Of a stretch of DNA of 64,000 nt, positions 29,158 through 40,051 are shown piece after piece (positions within the stretch are counted from its first letter, which is position 1; the number at the start of each line of letters is the position of its first letter). Under the pieces are notes generated by a model. It was given only the letters and a program-made list of their open reading frames with translations. It did not search any database and was not told the DNA's origin. Both the position numbers and the translations under genes were made by a program. The stretch is from IMG/VR virus record IMGVR_UViG_3300046092_000062, positions 1-64,000 of that record. The stretch is one strand, 5' to 3'.

Positions 29158-30324
29158 ATGGCAACAGTAGCTGGCATTAAGATTAAAGTTAAAGCACCGC
29201 GAGCACAGCGCATCGCATTTGCTGACGAAAAGTACACAGGCCCCGAGCCAGAGTGGCCAGCTGAATCTGCAGACTGGGACGGAGATAAGTTTGACAACCT
29301 TCTGCGTAAGAGTTTCTATTACTACAATTACTACTACAGTCAAAAAGACTGTAAGAAGTATGTAGTTGAGTGGCTGCAAAAGAACAGCAAGCTAACAGCA
29401 GAAGAAATCCGTGCGTTTAACCGAGCAGGAGATCGTTTGCTGCCAATGACAGTGTGCAGTTTGATCATGGCACATCGACAAGGCATGCCGTTCCGTGGAC
29501 GCCACATTGAGTTTATTATTAACAGCGTACAAACTGTTATTGACCAAGCTGAACCGGAAGTTGTAGAGACTGCGGAGGGAGACAAACCCAAAGCATACGT
29601 GCCAACTATCCAGGATCGCCTTAACGAAAAGACCAGCGAAATCATTGGAGAGCTTGAGGGCATCTTTGACGATATTGCAACAGGAGTTAAAAACCCTTCC
29701 AAGTTGTATGACTTCTTGGTTGCTAACAACGTGGTGCAAAGCCAGTTAGGAAAGTATGAAGGACTATTTCGCAAGCGCAAAGACGAACTATTACTCGCAC
29801 AGTCTAAAACCGATGACCAAGTACGAGAAGGTTACAGCCATCTTAAAGCCGCTGATTTCAAACGAATTATTGGCTGGATCGATGACTTGCTCTCAGCTGT
29901 GGACCAATACCGCGGGGTCAAGAAAGCAACTAAAAAGGCTCGAGTTAAGAAAGCCCCGAGCAAAGAAAAGTTGGTGGCAAAGCTCAAGTATGCTAAAGCA
30001 GATGCTGCACTTAAAATTGTTTCTATCAATCCTGCGGACATTATCGGAGCAGGCGAGCTCTGGGTCTATAACACTAAGACTCGGAAGCTGGGCAAATACG
30101 TGGCCGCTGCATATAAGCAGCTCAGCATCAAAGGTACTAGCATTGAAGGCTTCGACACAGACAAAAGCACAAGTAAGACTCTACGTAAACCGGACGAAAA
30201 GCTGAAAGAGTTTGCTAAAGCAGGTAAAATCCAACTTCGCAAGTTCTTGGACGATATCAAAGCAACAGAGACCAAGCTAAACGGCCGCATTAGTGCAGAC
30301 GTAGTATTGCTCCGCATTCAGTAA
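29158..30324 (+). CDS. Hypothetical basic protein
   Basis: 388 aa ORF with AAGGA SD; Lys-rich C-terminal domain. Confidence 0.7.
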   Translation: MATVAGIKIKVKAPRAQRIAFADEKYTGPEPEWPAESADWDGDKFDNLLRKSFYYYNYYYSQKDCKKYVVEWLQKNSKLTAEEIRAFNRAGDRLLPMTVCSLIMAHRQGMPFRGRHIEFIINSVQTVIDQAEPEVVETAEGDKPKAYVPTIQDRLNEKTSEIIGELEGIFDDIATGVKNPSKLYDFLVANNVVQSQLGKYEGLFRKRKDELLLAQSKTDDQVREGYSHLKAADFKRIIGWIDDLLSAVDQYRGVKKATKKARVKKAPSKEKLVAKLKYAKADAALKIVSINPADIIGAGELWVYNTKTRKLGKYVAAAYKQLSIKGTSIEGFDTDKSTSKTLRKPDEKLKEFAKAGKIQLRKFLDDIKATETKLNGRISADVVLLRIQ

Positions 30325-30373
30325 GCCACAAGTCCTGTCTATCGGTAATAAATACTGGTAACAGGACTTTTCT

Positions 30374-31270
30374 ATGGCCATTAAAAACACAACACTCTAC
30401 GATGCAAACGGTAATCTTCCAACAGATACCCTTTTCCAATCCAACACAGGCACAGGTAGCGGGCATATTCAATATGATTCGGCAGACTACGATAGCGCCA
30501 ATGCAAAACGTGCGGAAATAACAGACTACATCCGTATGCGCTTAGGCGACGGCATGGTAGACGTAGAACTTGAAAAAGAGCACTACGAAATGGCTATCAA
30601 ACAAGCCATGGTCAAGTACCGCCAACGCAGCAGTAATGCAGTAGAGGAAAGCTATGCGTTCCTACAGCTATTGCCAGAAACACAAGAATACATCCTTCCT
30701 AAAGAAATTATGGAAGTGCGCCAAGTTAACCGCCGCGGTATTGGTAGCGTAACCGGAACAACAGCCAGCCAGTTTGAACCATTTGCATCGGGTTACCTAA
30801 ACACTTACATGTTAGTAGCAGGGCGTGTGGGCGGTTTAGCCAGCTATGAACTATTTGTAGACTATCAAAAGCAATCCATGAAGATGTTTGGTGGCTTCAT
30901 GAACTTTACATTCAATCCAGTTACTAAAAAGCTAACCATTGTTCGTAAGATTCCGTTCCAGGGACAAGGCGACACCAACTTTGAAAACGCAGAGTCCTGC
31001 TTGCTATGGTGCTACAACTACAAACCAGACTGGCACTTGCTAAACGACTATCGTGTTATGCCTTGGTTACAGGAATATGCCTATGCGTTTGCTAAAGAGT
31101 TGTTGGGACATGCCTACAGCAAGTTTGCAAGTATTGCTGGCCCACAAGGTGGTACCACTCTAAACGGTGCAGCATTGGTTAGCGAAGCTAGAGAAGAAAT
31201 GGCAGCACTTGAGGAAGAACTAAAACGATTCCAAGATGGTGGTACTCCAATGACATGGGTGACAGGTTAA
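30374..31270 (+). CDS. gp13: Neck protein (gp13-like)
   Basis: YIRMRLG..MVDVEL..EHY..AI; WLQEYA.A..KE.LG....KF..I.GPQGG.TLNG. Confidence 0.85.
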   Translation: MAIKNTTLYDANGNLPTDTLFQSNTGTGSGHIQYDSADYDSANAKRAEITDYIRMRLGDGMVDVELEKEHYEMAIKQAMVKYRQRSSNAVEESYAFLQLLPETQEYILPKEIMEVRQVNRRGIGSVTGTTASQFEPFASGYLNTYMLVAGRVGGLASYELFVDYQKQSMKMFGGFMNFTFNPVTKKLTIVRKIPFQGQGDTNFENAESCLLWCYNYKPDWHLLNDYRVMPWLQEYAYAFAKELLGHAYSKFASIAGPQGGTTLNGAALVSEAREEMAALEEELKRFQDGGTPMTWVTG

Positions 31271-31275
31271 TCATA

Positions 31276-31923
31276 ATGAGAATCAATGAAGTTATAACAG
31301 AATCACTTGTCGACGAAGCCCAAATGGACGATGATATTAAGAAAGTCATGCAGAAGCAAGGCTATAAGTTCTTGGGTCACGGGCAGGACCAAGACGCTTA
31401 CCTAGCACCAGACGGTACTATCTTAAAGATATTTGGTTACGAAACTGATAGCAGAGGAATGTCTGAAGGGCAACGCAGCTTTATTGACTTTGCCAACTTC
31501 TGTATGGCAAACGCTAACAACCCATTCTTGCCACAGTTCGGGGGATGGACTAAGTTTCATTTCAAAGGCCAAGGGTATTTGCAAATCAAATGTGAGCGAT
31601 TATTTGAGGTATCAGAAGATTTGGGCGAAATGCTGGCAGATTTAGTTGATAGAATTGAACTCTTTAGTCCAGAACAGGCTATAGAAAGATTCATGCACTG
31701 GGATGTTGATAATGATAGATATCCCGAACGCGCCGGAGAGTTAATTACTATGATTGGTGGTGAACAACAGCTCTTGTTGTTTGCTCGAACAGTTAAGCAA
31801 TTATCCATTATTGGGCGTAAAAAAGGTTACGGAATAGATTTGCATAGCGGAAACTTTATGCTCGGCAGTGATGGAGAGATTGTGATTAACGATCCGTTCT
31901 TTACTGGCAGTATGCGCCGTTGA
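31276..31923 (+). CDS. Protein-kinase-like fold protein
   Basis: FLGHGQD (Gly loop), ILKIF (Lys), DLHSGN catalytic loop, VINDP. Confidence 0.6.
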   Translation: MRINEVITESLVDEAQMDDDIKKVMQKQGYKFLGHGQDQDAYLAPDGTILKIFGYETDSRGMSEGQRSFIDFANFCMANANNPFLPQFGGWTKFHFKGQGYLQIKCERLFEVSEDLGEMLADLVDRIELFSPEQAIERFMHWDVDNDRYPERAGELITMIGGEQQLLLFARTVKQLSIIGRKKGYGIDLHSGNFMLGSDGEIVINDPFFTGSMRR

Positions 31924-31972
31924 CCTTTAGCATACAATATGCAATAATGCCCTTATACGTAAGGGCTTTTTT

Positions 31973-32584
31973 ATGATTATAGGAATTTGTGGTTTTATTG
32001 GGTCGGGTAAAGATACAGCAGCAGACTATTTGGTGAACTTCCACGAGTTTAAGCGCGAAAGCTATGCAAACACTCTTAAGGATGCAGTGGCATCGGTGTT
32101 CGGATGGGATAGAGAAATGCTGGAAGGGCGCACAGGGCAAAGTAGACTCTGGCGAGAAGAGACTGACCTGTGGTGGAGCAGCCGACTTGGCATGCCAATT
32201 ACCCCACGTTGGGTATTACAAAACTGGGGAACAAACGTTCTTAGAGCACACTTCCATGATGACATCTGGATTGCTAGCTTAGAAAACAAATTGCGTACCA
32301 GCAAGGACAGTATTGTTATTAGTGACTGCCGATTCCCTAACGAAATCGCGGGACTAAAAGCTCAAGCTGCTAAGGTAGTGTGGGTGCAGCGCGGCATTAC
32401 TCCGCATTGGTATAGCATTGCAGAACAAGCCAATAGAGGTGATATCAAAGCGCAGGAATGGTTAGCTAAAGAAGGCATCCATGCCAGTGAGTATAGCTGG
32501 GCAGGTACACATTTTGATCATATCATTGACAACAATGGCACTATTGATCAGCTATACAGCCAACTTAAAAGTCTGGTAGTATAG
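31973..32584 (+). CDS. gp1: Deoxynucleoside monophosphate kinase (T4 gp1-like)
   Basis: IIGICGFIGSGKDT P-loop; PRWVLQNWGT; ISDCRFPNE; HASE. Confidence 0.9.
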   Translation: MIIGICGFIGSGKDTAADYLVNFHEFKRESYANTLKDAVASVFGWDREMLEGRTGQSRLWREETDLWWSSRLGMPITPRWVLQNWGTNVLRAHFHDDIWIASLENKLRTSKDSIVISDCRFPNEIAGLKAQAAKVVWVQRGITPHWYSIAEQANRGDIKAQEWLAKEGIHASEYSWAGTHFDHIIDNNGTIDQLYSQLKSLVV

Positions 32585-32915
32585 TACTGGTCTTCCAAGG
32601 TAACTTGCTCTTACTAACTTCTATTGCACAGTTGGCGCAAATGGTCTTGAGATTAGTCCAGTTAGTGTTATTCAACTTACCATCTAAATGAAACACCTGT
32701 AACTGATCAGGATGTTTAGCACTAAAGCCGCATTTTTCACATTGCGGCTTTTTCTTGTACCCGCTCAGTGCCCACGCCGGTCTTTTAGGCTTTAATTTCT
32801 TGCCTTTACGTAGACAGCTATCGCATTGCTTGCGATAATGCGTTACACCTTCCTTGATGTAGTTAACTGCAACCGGTCTAGTGTTGCAAGTAGGGCAGAT
32901 TGGGCGTTGTTCCAT
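32565..32915 (-). CDS. Zn-finger / degenerate HNH protein
   Basis: CPTC, CDSC, CEKC, HLDG...N...NL.TICANC; start preceded by TAAATA-N4. Confidence 0.65.
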   Translation of the reverse strand: MEQRPICPTCNTRPVAVNYIKEGVTHYRKQCDSCLRKGKKLKPKRPAWALSGYKKKPQCEKCGFSAKHPDQLQVFHLDGKLNNTNWTNLKTICANCAIEVSKSKLPWKTSTILPDF

Positions 32916-33015
32916 AATGTATTTATGGGCAAACCTTTGCAAAGGGCACCGTAACGGACCAATTTTGTCATATCCAAATAAATATTGATATCGTGTATTA
33001 TAAAGGAAACACAAT

Positions 33016-36000
33016 ATGGCACTAATTTCTCCAGGTTTACAATTAAGTGTAACCGACGAAAGTCAATATGTACCAGGCGCAGTTGGATCTGTACCATTGG
33101 TCATCTTGGCTACCGCTCAAGACAAAACAAATCCGGCAGGCGCAACTGCATTGGGTACAACAAAAGCAAATGCAGGTAAGTTACAAGCGTATGCTAGCCA
33201 ACGTGAGTTAGTTAGTGCATTTGGTTATCCATCATTCCAACAAAGCAGTGCTGGTACAGCATTGCACGGTGACGAGCGTAACGAATACGGCTTGATGGCA
33301 GCTTACAGTGCATTGGGCATTGGTAACCGCGTGTATGCAATCCGTGCTGATATCGACTTAGCTCAATTGGAAGCAACAAGCAACCGTCCTACAGGTACTG
33401 TAGCCGATGGTACATACTGGTTAGATCTATTAGATACTAACTGGGGTATCAACGAATGGGATGCTAGCGCAGGCGTATTCAATGCAGTAACTCCAGCAGT
33501 TATTACAGATAGCGCTCAATACTCAAACGTTGGTGGTATTAACACTCCGTTAGCGAGCGTTGGCGAAATTGGTTCTTATGCAGTGGTATTAAACCCAGCT
33601 GGTTCGGGCGGATTCTCTTCTAGCGTTTGGTATACATTCAAGAAGTTAACAACAAACGCATGGGCAGTTCTAGGTAGCCGTACATGGCAAGCCGACCACG
33701 CTACAATCCGTGGTACAACTTCTAGTCCAGTAATTGCATCTGCATCACCAGCAGCAGCAATCACAATCAACGGTACTACAGTTACAGTTGGTAGCACAAG
33801 CGTTACTAAATCATTGGCTGACGTAGTTACTGCAATTAACGCAGCAACTATCACAGGTGTTACAGCCCGTGCAGTAAACAACAAGCTAGAAATCCTTGCA
33901 ACTGATTTGGCATTAAACGATGCAGTAGTTATTGCTGACAGCGCACAAACTCCATTGGCAACATTGGGTATTGCTGCTGGTACATACAATGCACCAACAT
34001 CAACATACGGTTCTTATGTTGCTATTCCGGCATGGAGAAGCACAGACACAACACCACGTCCAAGTGGTAGCGTATTCTTTAAGACTAGCGCAATTGGCGG
34101 CGGCGCTGACATCGTTATCAAGAAGTACAGCGCAGGAACAGGTACATGGACTACTCAAGCAGCTCCGTTGTACAACCACCCAAACAATGCAATCTTTAAC
34201 TTGGATCCAACCGCAGGCGGATTTAACATTGCAGCAGGCACACTATATGTTCGTTACGATGTAACTGATGGTACTGTTGGCGACTTTAAGCCTTACTACC
34301 GTCGTGTAGCAGGTGCAACAAAGATCACTAGTAATGCAGCGGCCAGTGTAAACCCATTTACATCTGGTAACGCATTTACAATCACTGTGACTTCGATTGG
34401 AACTAGTGCGCTAACCACTTACTCAATCTCATTGAGCAGCACAGGATTGGCTAACTTTGCAGCAGCAATCCAAGCAGCAAACATTCCTGAACTTACAGTT
34501 TCTGCAGATACTACTGCTAAGACAATCACATTGACTCACAAGTACGGTGGTGATATCACATTGACTAACGTGACTGGTACTCCGGTTGCTGATGCAGGTT
34601 TTGATACAACTATTGCAGGTGTGCAAGCTGATGCAACTGGTGCATTGGAACTAACGAACTGGAGCCCATTGGCATATACATACAGTGTAAATGAGCCAAC
34701 CCAAGATCCAGTTGACGGTACACTATGGTACTATGGTTCTGCAACAGATGTTGATATCATGATCAATACAACAACTGGTTGGATGGGCTACCAAAACGAA
34801 ACCAACGATGCACGTGGTTACAACTTGTCGTTGACTGACGACAACGGGGTTATTGTTAGTGCAAGCAAGCCAACTACTCAAGTTAGCGGCAGCGCATTGG
34901 CAGCAGGTGATTTGTGGTTAGACACAAGCGACTTAGAAAACTGGCCAGCATTGTATCGCTTCAGCTCTACTACATGGGTTAAGATCGATAACACAGACCA
35001 AATTGGTCAAAACGGTATCATCTTTGCTGATGCACGTTGGGGAACAGCAGGTACAGTAGATCCAGTTAGCGGTAGCTTGCCAGCTATTACAGATTTGTTG
35101 ACTAGCGATTACTTGGATCTTGACGCTCCTGACTATCGTTTGTATCCACGTGGTACATTGTTGTTTAACACACGCCGTAGCGGTTATAACGTTAAGCGTT
35201 TTGTAAGCAACTACTTCAGCGAAGCTAATTTCCCAGACGATTCATTGCCAACTGTGGCTAACGCATGGGTAAGCGCAAGCGGATTAAAGGACAATGGCAG
35301 CATGTATGCTGGTCACCAAGCTCAACGCCACATGGTTGTTAGCGCATTGAAGGCAGCATTGGACGGCAACACAGCAGTTCGTGAAGACCAATACGCATTC
35401 AACTTGATTGCAGCTCCTGGTTACCAAGAACTTATTGCTAACATGGTTGCTCTAAACAACGACCGTCAAAACACAGCGTTTATTATCGGTGACACACCGT
35501 TCCGTTTAGCTCCAAACACAATTGACTTGATCAATTGGAGCAACAACACAGACAACGCAACTGGTTTGACAACAAACGATCCGTACCTAGGTGTTTACTA
35601 CCCAGGCGCAGCGCAAACAAACGACGTGCAAGGTAACACTATTGTTGTTCCAGCAAGTCACGTTGCTCTACGTACATTCTTGCACAGTGATAACATTAGC
35701 TATCAATGGTTTGCACCAGCTGGTACACGCCGTGGTTTAGTTGACAACGCTAACAGCGTAGGTTACATTGACGCAGCAACTGGTGAGTATAACCCAATTG
35801 GTGTTAACCAAGGACTACGTGATAGCTTGTATGAAAACAAGATTAACCCAATCACTAACTTGCCAGGAATTGGTTTAGTTGTATGGGGCCAAAAGACTCG
35901 TAACCCAGTTGCAAGCGCAATGGATCGTGTAAACGTAGCTCGTCTAGTTAACTACATCCGTACAATTCTTGCTAGCGTTGGTAACGGCTTCTTGTTTGAA

Positions 36001-36246
36001 CCAAACGACAAGATCACTCGTGATCAGTTGAAGACTATTATCAGTGGTGCAGTAAACGACTTGGTAAGCAAGCGCGGAGTATACGACTACTTGGTAGTAT
36101 GTGACGACAGCAACAACACACCAACACGTATTGCACGTAATGAGTTGTATGTTGATATCGCTATTGAGCCAATGAAGGATGTTGAGTTTATCTACATTCC
36201 AATCCGCTTGTATAATCCAGGTGGCATTAAGCAATTAGGCGCATAA
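33016..36246 (+). CDS. gp18: Tail sheath protein (gp18-like) with large insertion
   Basis: LISPGLQLSVTDES; WFAPAG.RRG; RD.LYENKINPI; VWGQKT; DRVNVARL; FEPND. Confidence 0.95.
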   Translation: MALISPGLQLSVTDESQYVPGAVGSVPLVILATAQDKTNPAGATALGTTKANAGKLQAYASQRELVSAFGYPSFQQSSAGTALHGDERNEYGLMAAYSALGIGNRVYAIRADIDLAQLEATSNRPTGTVADGTYWLDLLDTNWGINEWDASAGVFNAVTPAVITDSAQYSNVGGINTPLASVGEIGSYAVVLNPAGSGGFSSSVWYTFKKLTTNAWAVLGSRTWQADHATIRGTTSSPVIASASPAAAITINGTTVTVGSTSVTKSLADVVTAINAATITGVTARAVNNKLEILATDLALNDAVVIADSAQTPLATLGIAAGTYNAPTSTYGSYVAIPAWRSTDTTPRPSGSVFFKTSAIGGGADIVIKKYSAGTGTWTTQAAPLYNHPNNAIFNLDPTAGGFNIAAGTLYVRYDVTDGTVGDFKPYYRRVAGATKITSNAAASVNPFTSGNAFTITVTSIGTSALTTYSISLSSTGLANFAAAIQAANIPELTVSADTTAKTITLTHKYGGDITLTNVTGTPVADAGFDTTIAGVQADATGALELTNWSPLAYTYSVNEPTQDPVDGTLWYYGSATDVDIMINTTTGWMGYQNETNDARGYNLSLTDDNGVIVSASKPTTQVSGSALAAGDLWLDTSDLENWPALYRFSSTTWVKIDNTDQIGQNGIIFADARWGTAGTVDPVSGSLPAITDLLTSDYLDLDAPDYRLYPRGTLLFNTRRSGYNVKRFVSNYFSEANFPDDSLPTVANAWVSASGLKDNGSMYAGHQAQRHMVVSALKAALDGNTAVREDQYAFNLIAAPGYQELIANMVALNNDRQNTAFIIGDTPFRLAPNTIDLINWSNNTDNATGLTTNDPYLGVYYPGAAQTNDVQGNTIVVPASHVALRTFLHSDNISYQWFAPAGTRRGLVDNANSVGYIDAATGEYNPIGVNQGLRDSLYENKINPITNLPGIGLVVWGQKTRNPVASAMDRVNVARLVNYIRTILASVGNGFLFEPNDKITRDQLKTIISGAVNDLVSKRGVYDYLVVCDDSNNTPTRIARNELYVDIAIEPMKDVEFIYIPIRLYNPGGIKQLGA

Positions 36247-36322
36247 AGTAGGTATATAACGGGACCATACCGGTCCCGTTAACTCACCCAAAATTAGGTA
36301 AATACCTTAACAGGAGAATAAG

Positions 36323-36940
36323 ATGGCAGTATCATCATTAACAAGAATTACAGTACCATTGGCAACTAACCAAAGTGCATCGGCACAGGGTTTGCTAATG
36401 CCAAAGTTGAAGTATCGCTTCCGCGCTACTTTTGAAAACTTTGGTGTAAGTGCTGACAAAACAGAATTAACAAAACAAGTAGTTGACATCAAACGTCCTA
36501 ACGTTAACTTCAACCCTATTACTGTTGACGTTTACAACAGCAAAGTATATTTGCAAGGTAAACCAGAATGGCAAGAGATTACAGTTAACCTACGCGACGA
36601 TGCCGCTGGTAACGTAAGCCGCTTAGTTGGCGAACAGATCCAGAAGCAGTTTGACTTTGCTGAACAATCTAGTGCAGCAAGTGGTATTGACTATAAGTTC
36701 TTGTTACGTTACGAAGTACTAGACGGCGGTAATGGTGCTAACCAGCCTAACGTTTTAGAAACTTGGGAACTATACGGTTGTATGTTGAGCAGCGTAGACT
36801 ACGGTGACATGGCATATAGCTCTAGTGACCCTGTGCAAATCGCATTAACCATGCGCTTTGATAACGCAGTACAGACTCCAACAGGTACCGGTATTGGTAC
36901 AGCGGTTGGTAGAACACTAGGCACAATGATCTCCGGATAA
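36323..36940 (+). CDS. gp19: Tail tube protein (gp19-like)
   Basis: Follows sheath; KYRFR..F, GKPEWQ.IT..LRDD, ETWELYGC, D.VQI.LT.RFD. Confidence 0.85.
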   Translation: MAVSSLTRITVPLATNQSASAQGLLMPKLKYRFRATFENFGVSADKTELTKQVVDIKRPNVNFNPITVDVYNSKVYLQGKPEWQEITVNLRDDAAGNVSRLVGEQIQKQFDFAEQSSAASGIDYKFLLRYEVLDGGNGANQPNVLETWELYGCMLSSVDYGDMAYSSSDPVQIALTMRFDNAVQTPTGTGIGTAVGRTLGTMISG

Positions 36941-36973
36941 GCCTAGACGAGCATTATTATAAAAAAGCACTTG

Positions 36974-37000
36974 AGCCCGGTTTAATCACCGGGCTTTTTT
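36974..37000 (+). terminator. Intrinsic terminator after tail tube
   Basis: AGCCCGGT-TTAATC-ACCGGGCT + T run. Confidence 0.85.
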
Positions 37001-37032
37001 CTGGCTAAATAATACATAATAGGATACGTATT

Positions 37033-38706
37033 GTGAGCATTAATCAGTTTTTACAACAAGTGGGCAAAGGTGATCAGATTAAAGATTATCAACACGCCGC
37101 TAAGTTATACGTTGGAGACAACTTCAACTTAGCACCACGTCAGGGCTACCTGTTTCACGTGTTCTTGGACTTGGCTCCTGCATTTCTTAATAAGATTGGT
37201 GACGACTCTAGAGTAAAAGCGGGTATGCTAGTTAAAAGCGTAGACCTTCCTAAGTTTACTGTTGATACCAAGACACTAAACAGCTATAACAAATACGACA
37301 TTGTACAAACTAAAGTAAAGTACGATCCGATTACTATTACATTCCACGACGACCATGCTGACGTAGTTCGCAGCATTTGGTTTCAGTACTATAACCACTA
37401 CTTCCGTGATTCTGATTTAGGATATTCGGACTCAGGCGGCCAAGTTAATCCTGCATACATGCAATCAACTAAGTACGGACAACGCCCAAACAACAGTTGG
37501 GGTTACACTCCTCGTTCAGACGTTGGTAGACTGATTAATGCTATCCGTATCTATAGCATGAGCCAAAAACGTTTTGCAGAATACACACTAATTAACCCTG
37601 TTATTACTAGCTTTAAGCATGGGCAACACCAAGCCGGGTCAAGTGACCCAATTCAGCACGAAATGACTATTTCATATGAATCCGTTATCTACGGAGCAGG
37701 ATGGGTAAGTAGTCAAACCGTGCGTGGATTTGCTGGAGCAATTTACGATCACTCTCCGAGCCCACTAACCCCTGCAGGTGGTGGTACACAAAGCATTATT
37801 GGCCCAGGCGGCCTGTTAGCAACAGCAGACAGCATTGTTGGCGACCTAAGTAAAACCCCACCCGCTGAAACTAATCCGGGTGCAGCGTTCTTTAAGGCCT
37901 TTAGAGGTTACCAAAACTTAAAGAATATGAACTTAGGTGCGGTGGCTAAAACAGAACTAACACAACTTGGTATGGACATGCTACGTGGTAACAATCCATT
38001 GAATCGATTGTTTGTGCCTAACGCAGGTAATTTAGCAAACGGCTCTCCAATTTATGAATACGGCAAAGGCGCAAGCCCGGGCGCAGGCGGAAACGGTAAC
38101 GCCAATGGAGTAACAAGTAATGGTACTGGTATTGGCAGCTCGAGTATGCTGGGTCTAGCCGGTACAGTACTTGGTGGACTTGGAGCAAGTGTTCTAGTTG
38201 GTAGTAGAGCTGGCGGTGGAATTTCTGGGCTGTTAGCAGTGGGCGGATTAGTGACAGGCGCCGGGGCACTAAACAAATTAATCAAAATCAACCCAACAAC
38301 TGGCGCAGCAGAAAGTGTGTCAACATTATCTGACAAGACACTAGCCGAACAGAAACTTGCATCAATTCCTGGAGCCAATGTAAACGAGCAATTAAACAAC
38401 ACCTTATCTTCAACAAATACTAATACTGAAGATGCGGTAGCAAATGCAACAGATACTGCAATGACTAACCCTTCTTTCTTTGAAAACGACGGATCGGTAT
38501 CTACAGCAACTAATCCGAACCCAACTGCGGTAGCATCGTTTGATGAGTTTGGTACTCCAACGACCACAGCAGCGCAAAGCCCGTACGAGGTCGCAGGAGA
38601 CACAGTAGACTATGCAACATCACAAGCGGAACAAAACTCAAACTTCTCAATGAGCGACTTTGGTAGCTTGGACTTACCAACTGACCAAGGTGACGTAGAG
38701 GCATAA
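37033..38706 (+). CDS. Tail-tube-fold baseplate protein (gp48/gp54-like)
   Basis: LVKSVDLPKF, YDPITITFHDD, YTLINP.ITSF, MTISYE: tube-like domain plus long C-terminal tail; GTG start. Confidence 0.6.
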   Translation: MSINQFLQQVGKGDQIKDYQHAAKLYVGDNFNLAPRQGYLFHVFLDLAPAFLNKIGDDSRVKAGMLVKSVDLPKFTVDTKTLNSYNKYDIVQTKVKYDPITITFHDDHADVVRSIWFQYYNHYFRDSDLGYSDSGGQVNPAYMQSTKYGQRPNNSWGYTPRSDVGRLINAIRIYSMSQKRFAEYTLINPVITSFKHGQHQAGSSDPIQHEMTISYESVIYGAGWVSSQTVRGFAGAIYDHSPSPLTPAGGGTQSIIGPGGLLATADSIVGDLSKTPPAETNPGAAFFKAFRGYQNLKNMNLGAVAKTELTQLGMDMLRGNNPLNRLFVPNAGNLANGSPIYEYGKGASPGAGGNGNANGVTSNGTGIGSSSMLGLAGTVLGGLGASVLVGSRAGGGISGLLAVGGLVTGAGALNKLIKINPTTGAAESVSTLSDKTLAEQKLASIPGANVNEQLNNTLSSTNTNTEDAVANATDTAMTNPSFFENDGSVSTATNPNPTAVASFDEFGTPTTTAAQSPYEVAGDTVDYATSQAEQNSNFSMSDFGSLDLPTDQGDVEA

Positions 38707-38707
38707 T

Positions 38708-39085
38708 ATGGCAAATCCAACAAACTTAAATGCAGTTGACTTATCAGTTAACGACAGTACAAATCCAAATACTTACTTCAACAACTATTTTGGGTCAAAC
38801 GTAAAAGTTAGCCCAAACGTTGATGCTGCTATTCTAAGTTACTTCGAAGAAGTGACATATAATAAAGAAGCAGCTAAGGCATTGGCAGCAGCGGTTATTT
38901 ACACTAGTTCACAGCAGGGCATCAACCCAATGGAATCACTAAAAGAATTTACCAAGTTACCTAAGGGCGAATTAAACGCATACCTGGTAATGTTCTTGAA
39001 TATGAATCGCAAAGGCACTAGTTACCTTGGTATTACTAACCAGCCTATTGCTAACAAGTATGTTAGCCGCTCAATTATTTTATGA
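38708..39085 (+). CDS. Hypothetical protein (tail/baseplate region)
   Basis: 125 aa ORF in operon. Confidence 0.6.
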   Translation: MANPTNLNAVDLSVNDSTNPNTYFNNYFGSNVKVSPNVDAAILSYFEEVTYNKEAAKALAAAVIYTSSQQGINPMESLKEFTKLPKGELNAYLVMFLNMNRKGTSYLGITNQPIANKYVSRSIIL

Positions 39086-39516
39086 GTAAGTATGCACAGG
39101 GGCAGTTCCAAATCAAGAACCCTGAAAAGTATGTGGGGTTAAAAACCCCTACATACCGCTCTAGCTGGGAATTTGTGTTTATGCAGTTCTTAGACAATAA
39201 TCCTAGTGTAGTACAATGGGCAAGCGAAGCTATACGCATTAACTATCGCAACCCGTTAACAAATAAAAACACAATCTACGTACCAGATTTTTTAATGGTC
39301 TATGTAGATGCAGCAGGGCAGCAACATGCCGAAGTTATTGAAGTCAAGCCCACTAAAGAAACCAGTCTGCAAGAAGCAGGCAAAAGCCCACGAGCACAGG
39401 CAGCAGCCATTATAAACATGGCTAAGTGGGAAGCAGCTAGGGCTTGGTGTAGGAGCCAGGGGTTGACGTTTAGAGTGATTACAGAAAACGAAATCTTCCA
39501 CCAAGGCGGCAAATAA
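39082..39516 (+). CDS. gp4: Head completion nuclease (gp4-like, TnsA fold)
   Basis: KNPEKY.G, YRSSWE..FM, WASE.I.I.Y, Y.PDF, IEVKP, F.VITE. Confidence 0.9.
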   Translation: MSKYAQGQFQIKNPEKYVGLKTPTYRSSWEFVFMQFLDNNPSVVQWASEAIRINYRNPLTNKNTIYVPDFLMVYVDAAGQQHAEVIEVKPTKETSLQEAGKSPRAQAAAIINMAKWEAARAWCRSQGLTFRVITENEIFHQGGK

Positions 39517-39523
39517 ATACCAT

Positions 39524-40036
39524 ATGACTAAAAAATTAGAATCGTTGTTTAACTTGCCCGACACCAAAGTTGACACTGATATGACTATCGACGAAGCGGT
39601 GCAGTTTGCAAAAGACAACAAAGACATCATTACACAAGTAGATGATGCAATAGATAAGATTGATGCTAGCTTACCCCTAGTGCGAGACTTAGAAGCAGGC
39701 GATGAAGAGCTAGATGAGCTAGCTAAACTAGCCAAGGAAAAGTTTGAGGACCTAATGGATTTGGGCATGAACGTTGATCCACGCTTTGGGGGCCCTATTA
39801 TGCAAACAGCAGGCGTATTGCTTGGTCATGCTATTAGTGCAAAAACAGCTAAAATGGACAAGAAGTTGAAAATGATTCAGCTACAGTTAGCCAAAGCCAA
39901 ACACGATCATCAAGTTAAAAAGGACGCTGCTAAAGCAGGCCCGGACGAAGACGAAGAACCAATTGATGGTAAAGGTATGGTGCTAGATCGCAACGCATTG
40001 CTAGCACAGATTATCGAAAACTCAAAGAAACAATAA
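39524..40036 (+). CDS. Hypothetical helical protein, possibly terminase small subunit
   Basis: Helical 170 aa protein near gp4/terminase; assignment by context only. Confidence 0.35.
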   Translation: MTKKLESLFNLPDTKVDTDMTIDEAVQFAKDNKDIITQVDDAIDKIDASLPLVRDLEAGDEELDELAKLAKEKFEDLMDLGMNVDPRFGGPIMQTAGVLLGHAISAKTAKMDKKLKMIQLQLAKAKHDHQVKKDAAKAGPDEDEEPIDGKGMVLDRNALLAQIIENSKKQ

Positions 40037-40051
40037 ATATACGATATAGGA

